Assembly: GCA_002189035.1 (NCBI GenBank)
Contig: CM007991.1
Coordinates: 3,410,001 to 3,474,000 of the forward strand
Direction of reading: 5' to 3'
DNA: 64,000 nt
From: Utricularia gibba
Lineage: Eukaryota > Plantae > Magnoliophyta
Position 1 is the stretch's first letter. The number at the start of each line of letters is the position of its first letter. Made by a program: the position numbers and the translations under genes. Of this stretch, positions 51,804 to 62,744 are shown piece after piece. The notes under the pieces were generated by a model. The model saw nothing but the letters and a program-made list of their open reading frames with translations. It did not search any database and was not told the origin of the DNA.

Positions 51804-53645
51804 TTGAATAACCATGGATTTTGACTGGTATGCACCCCTTTCTTCTTCTTCCTGTCATCATTTTCTTTCTCTTGAGAAACAGATTTTGGGGTTTAGTTAG
51901 TGCTTCAATAAAGATAATCAATTTTTCTTGTCAAGTACCGTTATGGCGCAATCAGGATAAAAACTGATGGTCTCCAGTCCTCAGTCCTCTCTGCATCAAT
52001 CAACTCTTTGCTCAATCTCTGCTTCTTATCTTCAGTCTCCCTGCCATTTCTTACTATTGAAACAGATATACAATAAACAAATCTCCACTCTTAAAGATCA
52101 GCCAGTGGTGGGACTGGGTGCAGTCTCCCCCACTCCAATACCATTAAACCTTGAAAAGAAATCTACATTTCAGCATCTCAGAGCAGTTGGATTGTCATAA
52201 AATGGGACTCCTTTATACCAAAGCTGAAGCCTTTTTCTTCCATCTAATGTGCTTGCAGAAAGAGCTAACGACCCAAAGCGTTGATGTGGGTATGCAGTCA
52301 AAGCTGTGAGGGGACTGGGAATCTTTGCTTTTGTGGTTGCAGTACTTAGAAAAAAAGTCGATGGCTCTGTTCTGCTCCCTTGTGTACAGAAAATGCCAAC
52401 TCTGCCTGCCCCGCGCCATTGGCCTTCTTCGCCTTCTGTGCCTCGGCGCCACTGCACTGACCTGTTGCTGTTAAGCACCGAGCCCAGCCAGTTTCCGGTC
52501 TCTTTGCTTTTTGGTTCATCGATCATCCAAACGTGCGTGCTGGCGCCTCTGTCTCATTGATCCAACTTGAAATTTTCCATTTTGTATTCGTTTATTTTCA
52601 AATCTCAATCTCAGCCGTTCATGATCGGTGGAGCTATCCAACGGTCGTGACTGATTCAGAATACTTGTCTCGAATTTCTCTGGCGCTTAACGAGAAAATT
52701 ACCAGTTTCCAGCCCAGCCGTACGGTGTCCACGTGCGAAAATGAGTTTATAGAAGACTGGGCCGACGGTTATCAAGAAGGCCCAAAAGTGATTACGTCAA
52801 TGACAAGCGTGGCCCCGTATCTACTGCAGCCCAAGCGTCACCTCGTTTAGGCATTTTGGCGGTTTGGAGTAACCGGTGGCGAAGCGCGACGGAGGAGAGG
52901 CTATAGGCGCGGCGAGGGAAACGCTTGATTGGATCGATGCCATCCGTGCAGCTTCTGAGGTGTTAGAGATTCTTCTTCGGCATTCACGTCGTAAATTTCT
53001 TCGAGGTAATTCACTGCCGATTCTGTGTAGGGTAAGTATTTAGATGAAGATCGTGAAAATTCGGTGTAGCAATTGAGTCTTCTTCATGTAAGGATTGCTG
53101 CTTCACGTGCGCACTGGATTTTGAAGGACTTCGCTGATAGGAAAAGAAAGCTGAAGTATGGCAGTTTTTAGCCCCTTCGATTCAGGTACTGGAATTTGTA
53201 CAGGTGTTTCTGCGATGAACACTGGTTTGATCGGTTGACTACAGAGCCTTACAGGACGCTTGGCGCTGGTTTAGGAACTGTTCCTGGAACACTCTTGCTC
53301 CTTAGATGGCCCTTTCTCCAGGAGCAAGGCGACTGAGTCATCGTGGAGGCGAATTTGGTACCTTTATTGTTAAGTATTTACACGATTTCGTTTTAATGGT
53401 TTATGGACCATTTAAAACGCTTTATTAGAAAAAAAAAGCTATCTTACAGCTTACGGCGGGTTGTAAAATGATTATTAAAATAATATAAATCACAATAGTG
53501 ATTAATGAGAAAGAATTTGTCCAGCTGTGGCGAGCTCTTGTTTTTCTTCAGTCTCTATATAAATGCCATGGCGCGGGTAGCTTTTATTCTAAAGTTCTGC
53601 TGCACCGCAGCCGCTTTTGCTTTCCCCGTTGGGAGCGTTGAAAAC

Positions 53646-55300
53646 ATGGGCAGCCTGAGCAGTGTAGAGGCTAATCTTCCTCCAGGGTTCAGATTCCATC
53701 CTCGGGACGAGGAGTTGATCTGCGATTATTTGATGAAGTGGGTTTCCGGCACCGCCGCCGCCCACGCCTTTCCGATGCTCATCGAAGTGGATATGAATAA
53801 GTGCGAGCCTTGGGATATTCCTGGTAAGTATGGTTTTCTTTTGTTTTCTTCTTGTTTATGATGTACAGTTCGTAGATGAATCTTCGGAGAGGAGGTGATC
53901 TCTAGAACTTTATTGAATTGCACAAGATTCTTTACGGGACTGAAACACTATTCATTCGACAACAAACCTCACCTAACCAACAATCTTTTATGTACGATCT
54001 GACATTTTTTTTCCTAGATACCGATGAAGCCGACCCATCTAAGCATTTTTGTCGAAGCCACACACACGTGTGCTCTTGTGCTTCACTTATTCTTCCCTTA
54101 CCAAAATCTTTGACAAAACAGTTCGAGTTAGGCACCTCTTGAAACTTGACCTCATAAGCCGCCCCTAGCCGCCATCACCATCGTTGGGCTGCTTTATACT
54201 TGTTTTTTTAAGCTATTTTATTCTGAAGTTGAAAATACTAATGAGGTTTATGCTTGATAAAGAAAGCGCTTGTGTGGGGGCAAGGAGTGGTACTTCTACT
54301 GCCTAAGAGATCGGAAATATTCTACTGGCGTCAGAACCAATCGAGCCACCGTGTCGGGGTACTGGAAAGCCACGGCCAAGGACCGGCCGATCGCTCGGAG
54401 AGGAACCCTTGTGGGTTTTCGAAAGACTCTAGTATTCTACGAGGGAAGAGCTCCTAAAGGCCGGAAGACACACTGGGTAATGCACGAATTCCGGCTGCAC
54501 ACGCCCGGCCTGAAAACCCACCCTACAGTTACGGTAACTCCTTAATTACTTACCACTAATTAGTGTTTAGAAAAGATGTCTATAAGTCGTACAGAGTTTT
54601 GCTGCAATTGGGAAGGTTAATGGTGCACGAAGAATTAAGATTGACTAATCAGGGATCTACATTAGAAAGTTGATTGGCTAGGAATTTAATGATCAGTGAC
54701 ACGTGTTGATCTGGCTCCACCCCTTTCCAGATTTTAATGCAGATATTTTCTGCTCTTATTTCTGTATATTGTTAAAACTAATTATTGCGTCACCATTGTT
54801 GTTCCATAGTTGAAAATCCTATCCCAAGCGTTTAATCATGTGCTCTTTTGGGATATGCAGGAAGATTGGGTGCTATGCAGGGTATTTAAGAAGAAACCAG
54901 ATACCCCTTGCACGCAGAACATCCCAAGCACCGTGATACACGAGCTGCCACCGCAGCCGCTGATGGCGGAACCCTACTATCAGCAAGTGCCCTGCTTCTC
55001 CAATGTTGCCCATATCCAGAGTCACTCTTACTACTATGCTCATCAAGCTCTGCCCACAAGGACTCCCCCAAGCCACCTTGAAGGCGGAATTCTGTTACCG
55101 GATTGCATTTCAGGTGGATGGTTGAGTGCAGTTCCACCCCCTTGCAACGACGGGAACATGATCAAGTCGAACTTCAGTCACTTTCCAGGATCGAAGCTTC
55201 CCAGTATCAGGACAGCAGAACCTGCGAATCACCGAGCATGGGAGATGGAAGCTTCCATGGGTATCTGTCTGAAGCTCTGATGCATTCTACAAGGTATTGA
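53646..55300 (+). CDS. NAC1: NAC1 (ANAC021/022)-like transcription factor (apparent 1-nt deletions at ~54278 and ~55183)
   Basis: [76 protein letters not shown] and EDWVLCRVF. It carries a miR164 site. The family-like tail [12 protein letters not shown] ends at 55300 in the shifted frame. Confidence 0.88.
54982..55002 (+). promoter_or_regulatory. miR164 target site in the NAC1 CDS
   Basis: AGCAAGTGCCCTGCTTCTCCA against the miR164 complement TGCACGTGCCCTGCTTCTCCA: 2 mismatches, both opposite the miRNA 3' region. Confidence 0.92.
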
Positions 55301-56767
55301 TACTCGAAGCGTCTTAGAAGCAAGTTTGGTTCCTCACTCAGAACATTATTATCCTTACATCCTAGGCATTGTGAACATAAGACATTCTCATACACAAAAC
55401 CCTAATAACCTCTAAAATATATTTTAAAACTGTAATAACTTCTGTTCGTAGCAAAACAAAAAGTTGCAGACTTTCAATTTTTCTGCCTTAAATCCCGAAG
55501 CCTAAGGTCTGGAAACAGTGAAAGGAGACATGGGTTCTCTTTGAATGGATCAAGGCTATCAGCTGAATCAGCACACATACTACGCTGCAAACCGCATCTG
55601 GCCTTGCGGTTTTCTCGGAGAAGTTGAAAGATCACATCATCTTGCATGTGATTTTTTCAGCAAATTAGCAGTTGAAGAAGCCCTGGATTCTTCATATAGT
55701 CTTGAGGCTCACGAAAATTCAGACGTCACTTCGATCATCGAACCAGGGTGCGATTTTCATCAAGCAAGCTCATCACTGACACCTCATAGCCGCTTTGGAC
55801 TCATCGGATTCTGCCAATTCTGCAGTATCATCTCCATCAACATACTGCTGCAGTTGATGGGAACATACACGTCTAGTTCAACCTCCAAATCAAGATTTTG
55901 ATTGATGAAGAGCATTCGTATCAGAGTCCATAGCTTCGCTCACAGCTTCAAGGATGGCAACAATCGATGATCCAACCATCGAACATGGCAGTTTCATCTC
56001 CATATCATGATCGCCTCACCTCCCAGCACCAGCAGCTAGATACCATTCCCAAGGTAATCTCCCAGCTTCGTGCTTTCCAGCCACCTTATCCACCCGCTTC
56101 GGATCCCATTCTCAGAACCAATGAACAAAATCTCGATGCTTGTGAACAAAGCAAAACCAGGCATCGAGCGAGGCCTATGTGCTTCGATTGAACCTCTTAC
56201 AAGATGAAAATTCCAGTCAAGTCAACAATTGTAATAAAACTTTTGAATAAAAAAATTGAAAAACTACTTTTGGAAAATAACATAATTTAATTGGTCGGAA
56301 AACGTGGTAGAAAAATTAGGTATGTTAGAAGTCGGTTTGGGTGTCGTTGTAGCGTGGAGTGCCGTGCAACAGCACATGGCAATTGCGTAAATACATTTTT
56401 AATTAAAAAAAATGGAGAGAGAAAAGAATTTGTGGATAATTTTTCGCTGTTTCCCGCCAAGTAAGCCGACAGGGGGCCCACCCAAGAAACTAAACACGTG
56501 CGAGGCCCGCGTTTTCAGGTAAATTTGTCATCAATTATTATTATTTTTTAAGGTGAAATTCATTTAGTGGCAGTATCGTAATTAAGTTCATTTCGGGGCC
56601 CAATCATTATTCTCCCATGGGGTTGGTTTGTTTATCTAATCCCCGTTCAGTTTCTTGGAGGCTTCCGAACTAATTTAAAGACGAATGGGCACTGGTCTTC
56701 GTTGCACAACTGCGTTGTAGATATCGTTGCTGCGGAGTCGCTGGAGGTGGCGGATTTACAGCCGGGG

Positions 56768-58668
56768 ATGACGTCGGGGGCGAGGCTGCCGTCGTGGAAG
56801 GAGCGTGAGAATAATAAACGGAGGGAGCGCCGTCGCCGCGCGATCGCAGCGAAGATCTTTGCTGGACTGCGGATGTACGGGAACTACAAGCTTCCAAAGC
56901 ATTGCGACAACAATGAAGTGTTGAAAGCTCTCTGCAATGAAGCGGGATGGATCGTCGAGGAAGACGGCACCACGTATCGGAAGGTGCGTGTTAGTCGATT
57001 CTGTAGACTGTGACGCGTACGTTAGATTCGATGCGAGATTTTTTTGACAGTTTCTTCTTTCGAAATTGATCGGAATCGAGTTTGATTTCGCCTTTGGTGG
57101 TCTGTTATTCTGATGGGAAAATGCCTTTCTCTGTATTTTTGATGGGGGTGCCTGCTAAATTGGTGGGTAAGCATTGAGAGGTGAGGAGCGCCTCAGCGGA
57201 AGGCGCATGATAGAGTCGTGCTGCGTGTTTTGGGAGATATTTGAGTTTTTTTAATGTTGAGTTATCAATTATTAGTATGCTGGTCAGATAAAGGTAGACT
57301 CTTGCGCAAAATCAGCATAGGACAGCTCATGGAATCGAATCTGGTTACTTTATTCTTAGAATATGTATTTTCCATATATATATTTAAGGCATTGTCATTT
57401 GTCAGTTCCTGGGCTTGGACCATGTGAGTGTTTCGTAGTGCTAAAATAATTGGGATTGCCTGTTGGCTATGTACTGCACGGTCTGTGGGAGAGGATCTTA
57501 TGTTTTTTCACATGCTTAGAGTTCCCAAAATTCTTACGCTTTTTTCTGTTTAGTTCTGAGTAAAGTACAAAGCAGAGATCGCTTTACCTTTACCTTTTTT
57601 CTCATAAGGGACAGCTATACGATCACGCCTTTCTGATCTTTCAGCTGCTAGTGAATGTTATTTGATTGGTGGGTCTCTTGAAAAGCATTTGCCACATGAC
57701 ACTTGCCTGTTTGAAATGCTGATAATGTGATCACGGCTGGTGCTTTGTAGTGATATTGGAGGCATGTTTGGATTCTTCTTGAACTTTTCGGCATTTTGCA
57801 GGGATGCAAGCCAGTGGAAAACACAGATGTAAGTGGTGGCTTGGCTATTGTAAGTCCTGGCTCGTCGCATAGGCTAAGCTCCAAAACATCTTTCAATCCA
57901 AGTTCTGGATCATCTTTTGCAAGCCCTGTTTCATCCCAATACACTAGCAATGTAAATTACTCTGCTGATCCGAATTCTTTAATCCCCTGGTTAAAGAACC
58001 TATCCTCCGGCTCTCTGCCTGTCTCATCTAAGCATCCAAATCATCATTATATTCCAGGGGGTTCAATAAGTGCTCCTGTAACACCCCCATTTAGCTCACC
58101 TTCCCCCGGTACACCTCGAATGCATTCTAACTGGGATGACCCTGCATCTGGTTCCGGCTGGTCCGGCCAACGGTTCCCATTTTTTCCATCTTCGACTCCC
58201 CAAAGTCCTGGACTCCAAACACCTCCAGATTCCGGGTGGCTTTCTGGTGTTCAAACCCCTCAAGATGATGGTCCTTGTTCTCCTATGTTCAGCCTTGTAT
58301 CTGCTAATCCATTTGGGATCAGGGATGCATTGTCGAATGGGGGATCTCGTGTGTGGACTCCCGGACAAAGTGGAACTTGCTCCCCAGCCGTTCCCGCTGG
58401 TGCTGACCAAACAGCGGATGTCCCTATGATGGAAGCGGTTACTTCCGAGTTTGCATTTGGAAGCAGTGCAAGAGGGCTGGTGAAACCATGGGAAGGTGAA
58501 AGAATACACGATGAGTGTGTTCCTGATGACCTCGAGCTCACTCTTGGCAGCTCGAACACCAGGTACATTAATCTATGCATCCCTTGGCTCACTATTAACC
58601 CTCTTCACAGACTTTGCACTGCTGCATCTAACCCCACTACCCTCGTGACCAGCAGGTGTAGAGACTGA
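56768..58668 (+). CDS. BEH4: BES1/BZR1 homolog, BEH3/BEH4-like
   Basis: [87 protein letters not shown] and EAR motif DLELTLG. Introns 56984-57801 and ~58564-58655. Confidence 0.93.
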
Positions 58669-59581
58669 GGGATCAAAATCCACATCTCCAGAGATAATGA
58701 TTCCAGCAACCTTTTGAACTGGTGTGACTCAGAGAGGGGTAACCACCATCTCCGCTTCTCTTCTTGAAGATCTCTCTTGTATTGGCCTGCCTTGTCTCTT
58801 TGCACATTCTTTCGCTTGCTGCCTCCCCCTTCTGATGCTGTGATATTACTCATCTTCCTTTCTTCTTCTGTAATTGATGCTATATTAGAGGTCATTGCGG
58901 TAATGCTATAAGAAATTTCAATGCAATGCCTCTGTTACTGTCCGAATCCCCCTCATTCACCAACTTGGTCGCCCCATTGATGACTGACTTCTGGTCTTCC
59001 ATTCACACTGTTGAATTTGGGAACACGATGATCTCACATCCTACTTTAAAGCATCAGTTTAATGTTCACACACACTGCAGATAAGGATCATTATTCTTCT
59101 TGTTCCAAGTACAGGAGTCTTTGCAGCCCTAATGGAACCCAAAAATCTCATAATGATGCGATTATTGTCCCTATAACTAGCCCTAGCCTAGGCTACTGAT
59201 TGATAATTGCGAGATGATTTAGAAAATTGATATGTTAATTCTAAGTATCATCACGTTGTGGAATTTTCTTTCTTAAATTTTGATTCTGTGTAATAATGTT
59301 TTGAAATGACAAAGATGCTTAAAGGTATATTTTTTTTTTCCAAAAGCTTTGGTTTTTGCAGCTTGTAAACCCGGTGGACTTTTCCGATGGGTTGGTGGGG
59401 GTAGGGGTGGTTCCATAAATGCGGGGGCATCTTTCACTTCTGGAGGTGTAATAAGACGGATGGATGCACCCTGTGCTGAAAGGGTCAAACCTTACACACT
59501 CTACAAATTCTTACTGCCGAGCGAGGACAAGTCAGTTTTACTTGACGCAAAAGGCTTTGTTTTTTGGGTTTCCCGGCGACA

Positions 59582-60689
59582 ATGGCGGAGGATTCGGACA
59601 GGGGCGAGGGGGATCTGGAAAATGTTCTGTCTTCACGGTTCAGTTTGCGCAGAAGGTGATTTTTTTTTTCAATGGCTGCGCAGAAGTTGAGTTGAGTTGG
59701 GAATTCTCTTTAATTAGGGTTCTTGAATCTGGATTTGATTTGGGTGGGTGTGTGTGTAGCTGATTGCGGAGGCGTTGGGGACTTATTTTCTGATGTTCGC
59801 CGGAAATGCTGCGGTGCTGGTGAACGCCGATCGGGATAAATTGGTGACGTTGCCCGGAGTGGCGATTGTTTGGGGATTGGTGGTGATGGTTATGGTGTAC
59901 GCCGTGGGGCATATCTCCGGCGGCCACTTTAACCCCGCCGTCACCTTCGCTTTCGCAACCTGCAAGAGGTTTCCATGGAAAGAGGTCTCAACTACTCCGT
60001 CATCTGGTTGATGTCCTTTTTCAATCAGTTTTATTCATTTCGTTGTGTTCCGTACAAGGTCCCGGCGTACATAGCCGCGCAACTGTTAGGATCCACCTTA
60101 GCAAGCGGAACCCTCCGGTTGCTCTTCACCGGTCACCACAACCACTTCACGGGAACACTCCCGAGCGGCGGCAACGCCCAGTCGCTGGTCGTGGAGTTCA
60201 TCATCACCTTCTATCTCATGTTCGTCATCTCCGGTGTTGCCACCGACAACAGAGCGGTACCCTCTCAAACCCACTCCCGATATCGCCATTATCAAGCGGT
60301 TGTTTCTAAACTTGAAAAGTTGCAACTCCGCGATGCAGATCGGAGAGCTGGCCGGTTTGGCCGTCGGCGCCACCGTCTTACTCAACGTCATGTTCGCCGG
60401 GTATGCATGTCTATGACCTTCTTCTGTGTGCTACGGTTTTTAATCAACTTAACCTTGGGCCTGCAGGCCGATCACCGGAGCATCGATGAACCCGGCACGG
60501 TCCTTGGGCCCAGCCATAGTCTCCAACACATATGACAGTCTCTGGGTTTACATCGTCGGCCCTGTCCTCGGAGCCGTCGCCGGCGCGTGGGTGTACAACA
60601 TCATCAGATTCACCGACAAACCTCTTCGTGAGATCACCAAGTCTACTTCTTTCCTCCAGGGCTCCTCAAACCGGGGCTCCGCCGTCTAA
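59582..60689 (+). CDS. NIP1: NOD26-like intrinsic protein, NIP1 subgroup (apparent 1-nt deletion at ~59610)
   Basis: Five exons: FAQK/LIAEALGTYFL, SGGHFNPAVT, VEFIITF, ATDNRA and GASMNPARSLGPA. The ar/R filter is W-V-A-R and the C-terminus contains ITKSTSF. Confidence 0.92.
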
Positions 60690-61432
60690 TTCACCGGAGA
60701 CCTAGTATTGTATCACAGATTTGGCGGTGTATCCACTTTTAACTACTCTACCTTATCCTACAATACATCTGATGCTTGAAATTTTCAATAAAAATATATT
60801 ATGCAGTATTTTGGAACCGAATTAAAGGAACTTTTACTTCAAAAATATCTCTATTGTTTGTCAAAATAGCAAGTTTAAATATTTACTATTGAATAAAAAA
60901 TGACAATTTTAACTTTCAATAATATAAATGATCTTTACGTTTGATACACAAGATATATTTAATCTTCAAAATTTAATGATTGAATATTTTTGTCCTAACT
61001 ATTTTCGATATGAAAATAATCAATTCATATTATTTTAAAAATATGCGCGTAAAAGAAAATAACGAGTGATTAGTTTTGAGAATGAATTAAAAAATATTTG
61101 TACACAAAAAATGTGTAAAAAAAAATGATCATACTATTGTCACAAATCTTTATTTCACAGTGGCCAAAGTATGAGCTTCATCCCTGAGAATCGGGATTTG
61201 GAGTCCAGTTGCAGGAACTCGAAGCCGTCATAGAGTGTTGATTCAGTAAGAAAGAGTACGGAATATAGACAAAGGATGAATACGATGGATGAAAATGTCC
61301 ATTTTGTTAAGCAGAATCATGAAGATCAAGTAGCCTGGTGTCGGAAATTGGAGCATTGGAGCGCAAGATCCTGAGAGGGAGGAGAAACAGATTGAGAGGG
61401 AGGAGATTGTATACCGGAGTGAACCAGGAGCA

Positions 61433-62744
61433 TCACCAGTCATGGACCGGTGGGGAATACAAGAGCGCCATTTGACGGTTCGCAGCTCTGGCGAAGATCG
61501 AATACGCAGCCTCGGTTGGATGCACCGCGTCCCAAAACATGTACTCGTCTCTGTTTTCGCAGGGCGTAGACCCCGGAGAACAGCCACCGCCGGTGCTGAC
61601 GGTTACGCAGCAGGGCCGGTCAAGCACCCGAATCCGCCCTGAAAGTACATCCATCACTCACAAACTCTAATCGCGAAGTAGTTCGCGTGATCGGAACGCA
61701 CCGTAGGATGTAGTGTTGGTTGTTGTGTATAGGAATCTCGCATCCGGGAATTTGCTATTCAGGGCGCCGATGAGACTCTGAAGTTTCTCGTTGAAGGGTG
61801 CAGTGATGGTATCGATGGTTTCCACGCAGGCGGCGCCCGGGGAGACGCCGTATTTAGCGATTTGTCCAGGTACGCAGCCCAATTTCCCTAGGGCAAACAC
61901 CGCTACCTTTCTCGCTCCTGTTCTGTACAGCCGCTGGTACGTGCGTAAAACCCCAAATCTCATCATCAGAATCAAACCCTAGCTTTAAACTAATTTGGGG
62001 GAAATCTCACCTGCAGTTGCCGGGAGTATTTTGACATGAGAAACGAAGCGAATTCCTTCGGAGTGAATCTGCTGGTGGAGTTGTAGAATTGGGGTACGTA
62101 GTTCAACAGATAATCGTTGCTGCCGAATACCAGTGAATATATGCAGGAACCCAGAAATTCTCGAGCCCTTGTGCGATCGCCCAGCATTTCTTCGGCTCTG
62201 GAGACGGTGGATTCATGGTTGGACAATTGCTGCTTCAGGCTGATAACGCCTCCCTTCAGATCAAGGATCGCCTTTTTGTAAGTTGCCTCATACAAGTTTC
62301 AGTTGCAGAAAGGGAAGCCATACTTACCGGTTGATCAAGAATCCCAGCTCCACCTGATCCATAGTTAACTCCTCGCAGAAAGTCCTTCTCCTGCGCCTTC
62401 GCGTATGGCGGAATGTAGTCATCGAACCCCAGTAACTCAGCTGCGGATAGCAAATAGTTAGTCTGTCTGTTCTCCCTGTCATTCAGGCGATGATGATGAT
62501 CACAGTTCATACCCATGATATCTGCGAAGTTTCTCCCGTTGGTGTAGCGGCCGGTCGGGCCGCCGGGGAAGTCGATGCCGTAGGGAAGAAAGTTGGCCTT
62601 GTAGACGGTCTGCCGATCGTTGTTGTTGCCGTTGTCGACGATGGAATCCCCGAACACGAAGAAGCAGGGAACTTGTGGCTTGCACTGAGCTGTGATTAAA
62701 AAATGCTGGAGGAAGCAGATGATGATAATGTACCTGGGCTCCAT
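61433..62744 (-). CDS. Secreted GDSL esterase/lipase
   Basis: Signal peptide, VPCFFVFGDSIVDNGNN, PYGIDFP..PTGRYTNG, GVNYGSGGAGI, GSNDY, GARKV, LGCVP and FWDAVHPTEAA (DxxH). Five exons. Confidence 0.93.

Noticed and set aside
9091-62744. A cuticle or wax 'biosynthetic gene cluster' (two CYP96A, WW protein, GDSL)
   Set aside because: The genes are far apart and interleaved with unrelated housekeeping genes; there is no sequence evidence of co-regulation.
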